A DNA stretch of 56,838 nucleotides, the filler included, from Platydemus manokwari (taxonomy: Eukaryota), in assembly GCA_037951405.1 (NCBI GenBank). It is 5 parts of 5 records of this genome, joined end to end, with 100 filler letters (N's around TTAATTAATTAA, not from the genome) between each part and the next. Parts side by side here need not be neighbours in the genome. Positions count along the whole stretch, not along the records: positions 8,953 to 21,877 come from JBBMOY011902498.1; positions 21,978 to 35,221 come from JBBMOY011788060.1; 3 more parts are not named here. One strand, written 5' to 3'. The notes under the pieces are model-generated. The model saw nothing but the letters and a program-made list of their open reading frames with translations. It was not told the DNA's origin and did not search any database. Shown piece after piece: positions 12,752 through 25,765 of the stretch. Both the position numbers and the translations under genes were made by a program. Position 1 is the stretch's first letter. Each line of letters opens with the position of its first letter.

Positions 12752-14497
12752 TTAATTCCAAGTTTCTGTCTGATAACGTTTATATTTTTCCATATTACAC
12801 AAAATATTCTCCGCTTCAACTTCATTGATGTTCCCTTCACTTATCAAAATATTTTTGATTGCATCACGAACCTGCTGAGGCATATCAATTGAACGTCCAC
12901 AAATAAACACAAAGCCACCCCATTCATTGATGATTTTCCAAATTATTTCAGAATGTAGTTTTAATTTGTTTTGAATGTATAAATTTTCTTGCCTAGAAAA
13001 AGCAGTCAGCAATTTCAATTTTTTCTCTCTTTCTAGTGCCTCAAATTCACCAGAGAAATAAAAATCTTTCTCTCTATAACGATTACCAAAGCATAGCAAT
13101 GTTTCAGCAGCTTTTTCTCGCATCATTCTCTCTGAAATGAATCCCCTAAATGCAGCAATACCTGTTCCTGGACCAATTAAAATCAATGGTGTATTACCAT
13201 CAGGAAATTTCAAAGTTCCTTTTTTGATTTTTCCGAAAACTTGATCATTGGGATTTAAATTACAAAGAAAATTTGAACATAAGCCGACTCGGCGTTCGTA
13301 CATTTTAGTTTTGTATTTTACTCGAGAAACTAGCAACTGGATTTCATTGTTATGGACAGCATGTGAGGATGCTATGGAATAATCACGAGGCCTTATAAAA
13401 GGCATCAAATTGATCCATTGAGAAATAGTCATTTGTTTAGTTGTGTTGGGAAAGTCTCTTAGAACTTCTACAACTGTTCTTTTAGATTGGAAACAATATG
13501 AATATAAATCATCAATGTTATTAGCATCGGATAATTCCATCAATCTTTCCTTTTCTGTGATAAAAGTAGAAAAGAAAGCAAAATTTTCAAAGAATGACTT
13601 TCTAGGAACGGAATTTAAATCGAAGCAATGAACGACAACATTTTCAATTGATATAATGGAGCTAGATATGATTTCTGGTAATTTAAAATAAATATTCAAT
13701 GACTTAATATCAATTATATCACATTTATTCAGATTTGTCAATTGAAAAAACAAATCAACGTTTATTTTACTATTTTGAGGATAAACAGTAAAAATGTCTC
13801 CAGCTTCATATTTCAAAATTTCGTTATGAAATGTTATTAGTTTTGTGTCTTGAAAATGATTAGAAGGCGTCATTGCATCGTTAGATTTTAAAGTAAAGGT
13901 GTAGAAATCTGTAGGACACTGCATCGGACAGGTACTACTTTTAATGACAGGATTAATTCCAAATTTTTCAATCGGCTGGATCGTAGAACATGGTTTTAAC
14001 AAATTACTCACATCCGTAAAATTGTTAATTTTGCTTTCGATAAATTTCAATAATTTCTGAATCCATGGAGTGAATTCACCGTCAATACCTAAATTATGCT
14101 GATCATCAGCTAATCCCAACGAAATTATTGGATTAGCGTTAAATTGAACGAGTCTTCGAAAAAGCTTTTTGGCAATAAAATTATACTTTTGATACTTTGA
14201 ATCCCCGAGCCCAAAAACTGCAAAATTATATGAACTCAGATCTTTTTTGAAAGATCTACTCATAATGGTTCTCCAAAAAAGTTTCATATTGTCTGGTGGA
14301 TCACCCTGACCAGTAGTTGAACAAACAAAAATTAGTACATCATTATTTGACATATTATTGAAATTCAGGTAATCCATATCATGTATTTCCACATTAACAT
14401 AATCAGTTGGAAAAATTTTTGAATGTCGATATATCTTTTCAGATAAATCTTGAGCATTGCCAGTTTGACTACCGTAAAATATTTTAAGTTTAATCAT
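12752..14497 (-). CDS. NDOR1: NADPH-dependent diflavin oxidoreductase 1 (Tah18 homolog), intronless
   Basis: Flavodoxin motifs 'IFYGSQTGNAQD', 'STTGQGDPPDNM', 'GLGDSKYQKYNF', 'LADDQHNLG'; FAD motif 'RDYSIASS'; NADPH motifs 'GPGTGIA', 'FGNR', 'FSR'; C-terminus 'YQTETWN'. No N-terminal membrane anchor, unlike POR. Confidence 0.95.
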   Translation of the reverse strand: MIKLKIFYGSQTGNAQDLSEKIYRHSKIFPTDYVNVEIHDMDYLNFNNMSNNDVLIFVCSTTGQGDPPDNMKLFWRTIMSRSFKKDLSSYNFAVFGLGDSKYQKYNFIAKKLFRRLVQFNANPIISLGLADDQHNLGIDGEFTPWIQKLLKFIESKINNFTDVSNLLKPCSTIQPIEKFGINPVIKSSTCPMQCPTDFYTFTLKSNDAMTPSNHFQDTKLITFHNEILKYEAGDIFTVYPQNSKINVDLFFQLTNLNKCDIIDIKSLNIYFKLPEIISSSIISIENVVVHCFDLNSVPRKSFFENFAFFSTFITEKERLMELSDANNIDDLYSYCFQSKRTVVEVLRDFPNTTKQMTISQWINLMPFIRPRDYSIASSHAVHNNEIQLLVSRVKYKTKMYERRVGLCSNFLCNLNPNDQVFGKIKKGTLKFPDGNTPLILIGPGTGIAAFRGFISERMMREKAAETLLCFGNRYREKDFYFSGEFEALEREKKLKLLTAFSRQENLYIQNKLKLHSEIIWKIINEWGGFVFICGRSIDMPQQVRDAIKNILISEGNINEVEAENILCNMEKYKRYQTETWN

Positions 14498-16367
14498 TTT
14501 GGAAACTTTCAAAAACTAATTAATATTATTCAAACAAAATAGGAGATTATCATTTAATTTAAAATATTCAAAGCGTCCTCTCAATATAAATCTTCAAAAA
14601 AATTTCATATATTGCTCTATCTAAATATTTCATTGTTTACATGTTGGTAACTTACTAAACATCGATAAAATTATTAAATTTTAAAAAAATTTAAAAATTT
14701 ATCAATTCACTAGAATTGATTTCATGCACTGCTACCACCATGCAAATAAAAATGATTTTCAGAATTTTAATGGTTATCTTATTTACCTTTGATGACTATA
14801 AGAGTCCTCGGATATTGTTAGATACTTGAAGATGGTTAGGTCTAAATTTTCAGTAACCGAAAGTTTGCTGTAAGTGCAATTAAGTTTACATTTTTATACT
14901 ATATTTATGTTGGGATTTGAGACATTTTAAGAAAACTAAAATCACTTAGTGATTATGTGTATAAAAGTATCTGCATGAATTATTTTTTATTAATTGATAT
15001 TCTTTTGTATAAATTATATCTTGCTGTAAACTCTGAATTTGACATGTTCTGCAAACCTAAATGAATATATTTTTATGGTATTTCTACAAAAATTGTTGGA
15101 TTGTGTGAATCCCAATAAGGATAAAAATTATAATAACATAAAATAATTATGAACAATCATAATGCGTGAGACAAATAAGTATCAGTGATAAATATAATAT
15201 ATGACTAATAATTATTGAAGTCTTGTGGAAAATAAACGGTTTTTGAAGAAAAACTTAAAAAATAAACGAAAAAAGAAAAACTATTGGGTATAAAAATAAT
15301 AACGGGAATAATAATTATTATTATTTAGAAAAATAATTAATAATCTACATACTAAATATGTGTTTTGGTTTGAAATTGATTTTGTAGTTTATTGGTCTTA
15401 AGGAGCTTCGATAGTCAGTATTGAGGACTACACTAACGAAAATTATAATTAAGTACCTCAAGGTTTACGAAATTTATTAATATTAATACTAATATGATAT
15501 GAGACTAAATTCAAGTTAAATAATTAATTCAATAATATATGATCAAAAAGTTAGATTTACGCAAATATTTTTTTTGAAGATAAAAATATAAACAAGTATT
15601 AATAACAATTGAAACGATCAAAAATAATTTTATTCGATGTCTACTATGACGCAAAAGTGGGTTACTGGTTATCCGAAACCGGAGGGAGAAGAGGGTAGAA
15701 AAATAAAACGTTGACAATTAATTTATGAATATATATTTTTAATTAATTAATGTGGTAATGATGCAAATAAATATTTGAATTAAATATTGAAAGAACCTTA
15801 GCACTCTCTATAACAGAAATCTTTAAATTTTTATTGCCAAACGTTCACCTCAAATTGATTGATGATTCCAAAATATATTTTTTGACAAATATTTATCTTC
15901 GGTTTCTGTGGAGAACCATCCGGGCCATTTCCGAACCAACTGAACAACTAAATAATTATAAATAATATGGCGGAATTGAAGAAATCGAAGATAATTCGAA
16001 ACAATGAATCAATTATTACAGTTCAAGAGCAACAGTTATCGAAGCAGAATAGTTCTGGTTGAACTAATAACATTGTAACATTGATTTGTAACAAGCTTTG
16101 TCATATGTTGATGTATAGCATGCAGCAATTTTATTTTATGTCAATGTATAAAATGTAACAATTTTTTATATGCTTGAATGTACAAATGTAATAATTTTTA
16201 TACATTAGTTAATGTAACAATTTTATTTTGAATTGGATATTTTTAAAAGTGTTTATCTTAATTAAAACTTCTAGATAAATTTAATAATAATAGTAATAAT
16301 AGTAATAATAATAATAATGTTGGATATGCACACTAAACAAAACCGTACAAACACTCCCTAAATACTC

Positions 16368-16398
<31 letters not shown>

Positions 16399-16477
16399 AA
16401 AAGAAATTTGTACAAGCACTGCACTCCATCTAGAAACATAAACATATACTTGAATCTGAGTATGGGCTGACCTGCTG

Positions 16478-16587
16478 TCGAGAAAACAAATATTGAATCA
16501 TATTCGAGAAAGCAAATATTGAATCCCATCAACAAGAAATATATTGAACCCCATTCGAGAAAACAAATATTGAATCCCATCAACAAC
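16478..16587. repeat. Minisatellite, about 51-bp period built from two related ~25-bp subunits (core aaatattgaa), next to (TA)n at about 16375-16398
   Basis: cgagaaa(a/g)caaatattgaatcccatcaacaa repeated; this explains the duplicated LLMGFNICFLE in the spurious ORF. Confidence 0.8.
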
Positions 16588-16787
16588 AATTAACCATGCC
16601 AACAATGCAATTATCGAGACGATTGTGACCCATAACTGATTAACGTGATCAATAACTGATTAATTAATAAACATTGATTTTTACGTTGATCTTTTACTTT
16701 TACGCTTGTAATAAGGTTTAGCGTTTATTATCATTGTTATATATTGTATTTTATTTATGATTCCTTTATTATTGTTGTTTTATGTCA

Positions 16788-17572
16788 AAATCCGGTAGAG
16801 ATAAAGACACGGAGAGAAATAAATAATAGTTAATATTGAGTTAATTATAACAAATAACAATAATAAATAGCAAAAAGACAGTTAAAAAAAAATAAGAAAT
16901 ATAATAAAGATAATTAAAATAGAGAATAAAAATCAGATGTAATCATTAATTATTCACACGAAACGTGTGAAAAAAATCAGGAAAAGTGATCGACATGAAG
17001 AGCCATGTGAGTGGGTGGATTCAATCAGCGAATATAAATAGCGACGCTGATCGTAGCACCAAAAAAACCACAACAAAAAAACTCACAACACAAAACAACA
17101 CAACTGAAACCAAGTCAAAGAAACTAAATAGCGAAGAATACTAATCATTACCATATTTCGAAATCATCAATATCTGTGATCTGGATCGAGACGGCGAATT
17201 GAGAGTAATTGTCATACATGCGCGGCTGTTTTGAAAAAACTCGTTACAGAAGGAAATTTATAGAAGACGACATCGCATCACAGCTGAGAAAGAACTTTAT
17301 AGACGACATTGCATCGCATTCGGATTTGTGTAACAAAATAATCAGCAGCTGCTCGGAGATATTTTTACATATCGGAATTTCACCCAGTGCCACTGCAATC
17401 ACAGTAAGGTTCAGTTTTGTTCGCACAATTTGTTATCATTCTTTCATTTGTTAATTTAATTTAACTATAATTTCAATATCACAATCATAGTTTGAGTTAC
17501 ATAAATTTATTAACCCTATAAATAACGTCTTCTCTCCGTGTCATTACCAATCTCCATCCGTATACCGGATTT
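16788..17572. mobile_element. Putative non-autonomous element with long imperfect terminal inverted repeats (about 785 bp)
   Basis: AAATCCGGTA (16788) / TACCGGATTT (17563); GACACGGAGAGAA (16806) / TTCTCTCCGTGTC (17530); further AT-rich inverted similarity inward. Confidence 0.5.
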
Positions 17573-19507
17573 CTCGTTAATCGCTGACGCGAGGTACGAG
17601 GTATTGGCTCGAATTTGTTGTTCATCTTTTATATTAATTGTTATCTTCATTTTCTTAAATAAATATTTTTGAAAACCCAAGCTTTGTTTTTAGTGAATAT
17701 TGACAATTCGAACTATTATAAAGTAATTTACGGCGGATTTTAAATCTCATATCATTTTAGGCCCAGAGAGACAACGCATCCTCTGTGCTTCACTCTGAAA
17801 GTTAACATACTAAATTTACCTTCCAGCATCTTGGTCTTCAATACTAGGTGTTGAAGCCCCTTTAGGACCAGTGAATTTAGATTAAAGCGAGCCAAGTAAT
17901 TAAAATAAAACGAAAACATCATTCAATAAATCAACAACCACCCAACAACCCAAAACCTAATTTAATAGAATGACGGGATTGTGCAATTTTGTTCTGATAT
18001 TATTATTTTGTATTTATACTAATATCGGCACTAACAATTGTGGTACTGTATGCAATTGTACTTTGTTATCATTGTGTACTGATAATCTTGAAACATAATT
18101 GCAGCCCGTGCTGTTGTTCGAACTTGATGAGACACTGGTAGACATTCTCTGAGACTATTTATTTAATATACTTAATATATTTTTTCAACCCTGAATTTCC
18201 TATATGATTATCAATTTTGTTGGAATTACTTATATTACCGGATTTTATTTTACTTATTTTAATGGAAAAATTTAGTGAAATATAATTTAATTTTTTTTAA
18301 AATTAACTCGGATTTTCGATCTGGAATTGATAAATTTATTTTATATAGATTGTTAATGCATGAAAAATTAAAATATTTCATTTTTTTCTTGATTATAAAT
18401 TAATAATAATAAAATCCTTTTTATACTAAATTGTTAGTATAAGTTTTTTTTATTGCTCTGATTGTCAGATTTTTATCTATAATAGGCCCTTCTAAATTGT
18501 TAATAGACACCACCCACAACATAAGTAGGTTTCCTATTATATGGGTTTACGTCAAATGTTTTTAAAAAATTACTGTATAATATTTAAGTCGTAAATAAAT
18601 TTGCAAAAATCATTATCAATAATATCCATTTGTTTCTTTAATATGATTAAAAAAATGAAATTTGTCACCAGTAAGATTACTGAGATGAGTTTTGTTGCTG
18701 TTCAGCTGATTTCACACCAGTTGATCTCTTTGACCTTTTATTTATATGTATTATATTTAAGTAAAATTATATAAATGATTATTATTGGCTTGAAATGTTT
18801 GTAGAAATGTACATAATCGCTATGTATACCATTCTGTTCAATTCGATATTTTTGTTTATCTATTCTGTCCAGCGTATTTTTTCATTTGTCTTTTTATATT
18901 TCTATTTTTTGATCTGCTTTTGCTTCTTTGTAAAATTGATGCCCATTACCGTTTTCCATAAGTAGAAAAAATAACATTTATTTTTAGATAATTCTTATTT
19001 TTCATCATCGAGGGACATTTCGAATTGAAGAAATAAATCACTCATTGAAAACATTTAAGAACAACCATTTTTTTCACATATCTTATTATTCTTTTTAAAT
19101 ATAGAATTTATCTTTTGGAATACTTTAGATAATTGTATAATTAATATTCAATGCAAAAACATTTCTAACAAATTTACGATCTTCTAAAGTGTTCATGATA
19201 GAAAATGAATTGTGTGAAGTATAACGTGAACAATGATATAATTAAAATGGAAATTGATAATTTCATTTAAACACAAAATTAAATATATAAAATAAAAAAA
19301 ATGCATAACGGCGCCATTATAAAAATTATTATATTTTTGAAACGTCTACGAAAACATTATAAATTTAACAATTTTTTTGCAATCTTGTTTTACGTCTGGT
19401 TAAGAGTTTGTATAGATCAAATCGATTTTTAAGGTTTATCTTGTTTAAATATTTAATTGATAACTGCAATTAATTTAAATCTCTAATTATCTATTTAGTG
19501 ATACATC

Positions 19508-21518
19508 ATGGTTTGGATACCTGCAAAATCTTGAATATGTTACATTTATATTTTAGTCAATTCATTTTCCGTATTTGGTAATTGGTGGTGGTATAGCAGG
19601 AATCACATGCATAGAAACTCTTCATCACATGGACGAACACTTAACAATAGGATTAATTACTTGTACAGATACAGTTAAATCAGTTACCAATTTACACAGG
19701 ATTACAAAATTAATTGAAGATTTTGATGTTCAAGAAAAATCAGTTGATGAAGTATTAAAAACTATTTCAAAGTTAACTATTATCAAAGGAATAGTCGAAT
19801 CTATCAAGTAAATAGATTGGGTTAAATATTAATTTATTTAATGAATAGTATAGTCCACATAAAAATTGTGTTAAATTATCGGATGGAAGGGAAATATTTT
19901 ATGATAAATTATGCGTATGTAGCGGTGGCAAACCAAAACTAATTGAAAATGATAGCTCGTTCGTAGTAGGAATTCGTGATACGGAATCTGTGAATCATTT
20001 CAAAGAAAGGCTAACAAGTATATAGTGAAGGAAATTTTTATGGAATTGCTTTAAAAATATTTAATTAATTAAATAATTAAATAAATTTCCAAAAACAAAT
20101 TTTATATGCTTTATCTGAATGTTAAAATAAAAGATTAATCAAGAGTGTAAATTAGGTTGCAAACGAATAGCAATTGTGGGAAATGGTGGAATTGCCACTG
20201 AAATCGTGCACGAATTGACAGATTGTGAACTATTATGGATCGTTCGGGACAAATATATCAGTGCAAACTTTTTCGATGCGGCCGCAGCAAAATTCTTATT
20301 GAATTCTCTTTCAAACACTTCAAGTGTTCCAGAAAACACCGATAAAGGTGCTGACAAGATAAACATTCAACGACATCATTACGTTGTCGATGGGATCTCA
20401 TACACAACCGAACGAAAGGGTCTTGATAAAACGAAACCTCACACCGGTGGAGCGTTAGGCCCTGATTGGGCACTCAATATGAAGATGAGCGGTTGCGGTA
20501 ACAAGAGTGTTGAGGTATTTCATTGATGTATTTATTCTGGCATCATCGTCTCCCTTATTCTGTATATTAATAAGTTGATAATTATGTTTCACGTGTTTTA
20601 TCATTGTTATACTGGTATTGGTCGATAGGTAGTCTATGAGGTTGAAGTTGCTTCAATAGAGGTTGACAAAGATCGAGTGCTCGAATTATGGATTAACAGC
20701 AACCCAACGTCTAGTGTGTGTGATTATAATGTTGCTCTCACCTTGACGGATGGTTCGATACATTTCTGTGATCTGGTTGTGAGTGCTACTGGTGTGACAC
20801 CCCAATATCCACCGCTCATTGATGCCCAATGGACGATATCGGACACTGATGGTGGTATTGTGGTGGGAGAAAACATGAACACAAATATTGCCGGCATATA
20901 CGCTGCTGGTGATTGCTGTTGTGCGGGTTGGGAGTGGGCTGAGCATTGGTTTCAAATGAGATTGTGGCAGCAAGCACGTTGTATGGCATATCAGGTAGGT
21001 TAATAATAAATATAACCATTATAAATAATAATTATTAATATTAATTATATATAAATATTATAATAATAATTAAAAGTAATATTAAAAATTATATATTATC
21101 ATTTATGAATAGTAATGTTAATATTATTAATAATAAAAAATTATCCAATCAAAAGGCTGCTAAAAGCATGTTTGCTTCACAACACGGCAAACCGGAACCG
21201 ATGTTGGATTTCAGTTTCGAATTATTTACTCACGTGACAAAGTTCTTCGGATATAGCGTGATATTATTGGGCCTGTATAATGGTCAGAAATTAGAGTTGA
21301 GTGACAATCCCAATGCTGAATTGTTGATTCGTACATCACCTGGTGTTGAATTTATTAAGTGTGTTGTCGTTGATGGTCGCATTCATGGAGCAATATTGAT
21401 CGGTGATACGGAATTGGCGGAAACGTTTGAAGATCTAATTCTCGATGAGATTGATATTTCCAGTTTCGGCGAGAATCTGTTGGATCCAAATATCGATATT
21501 GTTGATTATTTTGATTGA
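19508..21518 (+). CDS. PYROXD1: Pyridine nucleotide-disulfide oxidoreductase domain-containing protein 1; exons 19508-19510, 19557-19807, 19854-20017, 20156-20514, 20629-20994, 21156-21518 (about 501 aa)
   Basis: Motifs 'VIGGGIAG', '[15 protein letters not shown]', 'GIRDTES', 'VGNGGIATE', 'GALGPDW', 'IYAAGD', '[11 protein letters not shown]', '[12 protein letters not shown]', C-terminal '[13 protein letters not shown]'. All five introns are GT-AG and phase-consistent. Confidence 0.95.
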
Positions 21519-21877
21519 TTATCTCGTTCTGTTCTTTGATATAAAGCTTTATTTATTGTTTGTTATTTAATGAGTTGCGATACCTTGTTTGATATCTCAT
21601 AATGACGCTCATTCTCATTTGAACGCTTTTATATTTTTTACTCAATAGGAATCTCGGCCAAAGTTAAAAAGGGTCCTAAAGTGACATTTTAAATTTGTTG
21701 AGTGTATTTCAAAAATCTGTATAGTTTATTTAATTATATTCTTTAAAAACATTTTAAATTTTTTGTTTAAGTTCTTAAGAAGAATTTTAGTTGTTTGGAA
21801 TAAAATATTAAGTAAGCAAGAGCTTAAAAATCTTCTGAAATTTGATTATTTGAAAAAATGAAAAAAGTAGGTCGAAT

Positions 21878-21977
21878 NNNNNNNNNNNNNNNNNNNNNNN
21901 NNNNNNNNNNNNNNNNNNNNNTTAATTAATTAANNNNNNNNNNNNNNNNNNNNNNNNNNNNNNNNNNNNNNNNNNNN
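21878..21977. other. Assembly spacer
   Basis: 44 N + TTAATTAATTAA + 44 N. Confidence 0.97.
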
Positions 21978-24900
21978 GGATTTTCACAATTTTATTAATT
22001 AAAAACAAATAAACATTATTCAAACAAATTTGGAAAGATTTATCATTTAATATTAAATTTGATCAGGATTATAAATATATATAAATTAATTGAGAGCAGA
22101 GAAATCAAAATATTAAACTTATTATTGTGATTATCAAGGTTAACTAATTTAGAGAAATAAGCCTTGTCATAACAATGATTTTTAAATCTAAATTCTTTGT
22201 TTCCATAGCAACGTGATGAGTCACTAAAGCAAATATTAAAATGAGTCATTACGCCCACTTTGCAGATAATATATAAACAGAAACCTCAGCCAGAACGCCG
22301 CGCAATAATTGCACAATAAAATTATTATGTATTAAAACATCCAATATAGTCAATTTCCCAAGCTAACGGTATTTAGTTTTTATACTTGCATCAAATTCAT
22401 AATTGTGACAACAATTATTTTTCGCGAAATCAGAAATGATAATTAAGGCACGCAACCTATCAATCTGTTAACTATCAGATCTTTGGTGGAATCATCAAAT
22501 ATATACTTCTAACTATTCATACTAATTTTATGAGAATAAATTATCGATAAATCAATCATTCTTTTACCAGATTAAAATAAGTCAAATATCAACCTTAATT
22601 AGTCCGAACGCATATTTTATAAAAACTGATTGAAATATTAATTTTAATAATGGACTGAAATGTAAATTTTACTTTACTTAAATCATCAAAAATGAAAATT
22701 GTTGAATAAAATCTAAATAATTATTATTGGATTGAATTCGAAATTTATATATATGTATTTGAATTTTTAAGGAGAAATTGAAGAGCTAAAAATAAATGAC
22801 AGATTAAAACGATAATGCAAGAGGAATTTATTAAATCATGAGAATTTAGAACACCATTTCAGATGAAGTATAAATATTCTAGCCTAAAAAAATTTATTTT
22901 GAAAACACAATCCATTTAGTTCTTTTAGCTCGTTCTTATCAATATTCAGCATTGCTATAATTATATTTTGGCGGCGATAAACACTAAAATCACGAAAGTG
23001 ATAGTGAAGTTTATTTGATTTAGCTAAACCTCTTCCGTCACTCAGCAGTATGACAAGTTTGGACATGCATAATACAATGTGGTAAATAACCCGATTAATG
23101 ATCATATTTCTCTTAAATTCCAAGTATTTAGTATATAATTTTTTTATTATTGGTTTTTAGTTTTCATTATTTGTTTGCTGAAATCCAACAAATTTTTGCA
23201 TGGTTGTAATCAAAATCAGTAAATGTAATCAATTAATTCGTAAACGGTAATCTAACTTATTCAAATCATAACTTTTCGAACAAATATAATTCTAATTAAC
23301 TTGAATGATTTAAAAACTTAACATAACAAATAAGTATATATGAAAATCTAGAAAAATCAAGATCAGTAGGCCCAATAACTAAGTCGATGACATCATGACT
23401 CAAATATCTACAAGAAAAGAAGCTACTACTTAAAGCATTATCTCATCAAGAACCTCTCAAATTACAATCTTCAATAAATCAAACAACCCCAACAAATATT
23501 AAATTTTCGACACTTGCAAAAAGGACCAAATCATAATGCCCACCTATTAACCTCCGACGAATTCGTTTTCAATGATCGACTAGAAACACCTCGGCGAAAA
23601 GTCGCCAAACAGCAACGACGACTTGCAAAAGGTCAAGAAAATATTCAATAGACGCCGTGTGAAATTCTTTTCTAAGCAACAACTGCTGAACGAACCGAAT
23701 TATTAATAACCAATTAACAAAAAAAATTAGGCTCGAGTGACGGAAAGGAAGAAAAATACTATTCCTATCCGTAAAATGTAAAGTGATCTTTACTAAAACC
23801 TAAAATTACGAATATATAAGAGTTTAAGATCAATTTGATTAAGAATAATTTATTATGGGAAATTCTGAATTCGCTTAACCCTCATATGTATATATATGGA
23901 TATATACCTTAAATTATAATAATTATAACTTTCATATTGAAGAATTATAACTACGATAAATTTTAATTAGCATCGCTAAGCAATTTACTATTTAAAAACT
24001 TGTTATTAATAATTCATTAGAATAAAATTCCCCCTATATTTTTCATCTCTTAAATCAGTAGATACTAATATTCTAAATTATGAGGGAGAGCTGGTTTACT
24101 TTCAGATAAAACGCAACAGAACGCATCAACATAGTTTAATAAATGAAACCTTTGAAGATCAGTAGGACAATTTTCCAGTCAGAGGAGATGTAAAAAAATC
24201 TCCTTAGAGAAAAGATAGTGAGAGATTCCAAAGCATAAGAGGCTTTGAGGCCATTCAGAACCAACATATGAGTTATGCGGGAACCAACGAATGTGATAGT
24301 ATCTCGAGAAGGCGGTGTGAAAAGCTATCAAATTATCAATTTAGTCGAAGATTCTTGAAACCTGAAAGACACCCCGTAGAAATTATTCACAGAATCTTCT
24401 CCATAGTAGAGTCCAGCTAGAAATGTCATGTAGTTTTCATATGAAAACAAAGCTTAAGAAAAGGAGCAAACAATCCAAATTTAACCACATTAAAGAGTGA
24501 TTAAAGAAACTCAACCAATACAAAAAGTTGGAGAAGGAACGAACACATTAATGTTAGTTACATTGTGTAGATATGTATATTTATTTGTTATAAAACTAAA
24601 TTAAATTGAATTTGAATAAAACTATAGTAAATAAAATAATAATAAATAATACTGAAAAGTAAAAAATGACATAATATTTAAATGAAAATTAATTACCAAT
24701 TTTGTTTTCTTCCAACTAGCATGGACGAGATTTAAATCAATGTAATCGACATTAGAATTTTAACAAGTTTGTAACATTGTTATTTTTTCTTTTTTCCTCT
24801 AATTTCAGAATCACCATTATCGTCAACATCAATATTGAATAAATTGTACTAGTTTATACAGCTTTGGTTGTTTATAGATTTATTTATGGTTTTGAATAAT

Positions 24901-25765
24901 CTACAAATTTAAAGCAATTACGACATGATATATTTAAAAATCGCATAAAAAGAAAATAATTTGCAAAAATAAGATATCTATTTTATTTTGACAAAAGTTG
25001 TATTATTAAGTGACAAAATGTTCTGTTCCAAATTTTATTATTCAATTAATGGTGTTTGCTGGTGATCAATAAATTAAATACCGAAAATTGTTATAAGCTT
25101 ATTATGATACATAATTTTTCAACCAATATTTGTGTACTTGAGTTCAATATATTCGAAACTATAAGCTTAATTTTCTAAATTATTGTATAAAATAAATATT
25201 AATTATTATATTTGTTTTTTAAGAAACGTTTAGTAAATTAATAACTTTTATCATCTATTAAACAGGTAAGAATTAAAGTAGGAAGAAAGATTATTCTTTA
25301 CCTATAAAAACTCGTAACACTTCAATAGGCATAAACTTGTGAATTTATTTTAAGATTTGTTCAGGAAGTAATTAAATTTTCATTAATAAAACTATACACT
25401 TTTTTTTTACTAATTAATTAAAAATTGATAGCATTTACTAAAAGCATCTGTTATCAAGAAAGTTTCCACAAGACCCTATAACCGCCAATTTTTAAAGACT
25501 TGATTCACAATAAATTTTAACTTGCATTGTGAATTATTTTATATAGCATTTATTTCTTTCAGTTACTTTGCTGTAACTTGATAAAAGATGATTCATAGCT
25601 TTCTTAAATTTTCCAAAGTACATTTTTTGATTTTTGTATTTCACTATAAATAATTACTGAGTTTTAAGTACGATATTAAATTGCAACAAAATCTTGCAAA
25701 TCTTAGACAAATCTAGAATATTTATAAAAGTTGTTTGAATATATAATTAAAATTGAATAACAAAT

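Noticed and set aside
23340-24540. GC-richer blocks resembling retroelement 3' end or integrase remnants
   Set aside because: No diagnostic motif could be read with confidence.
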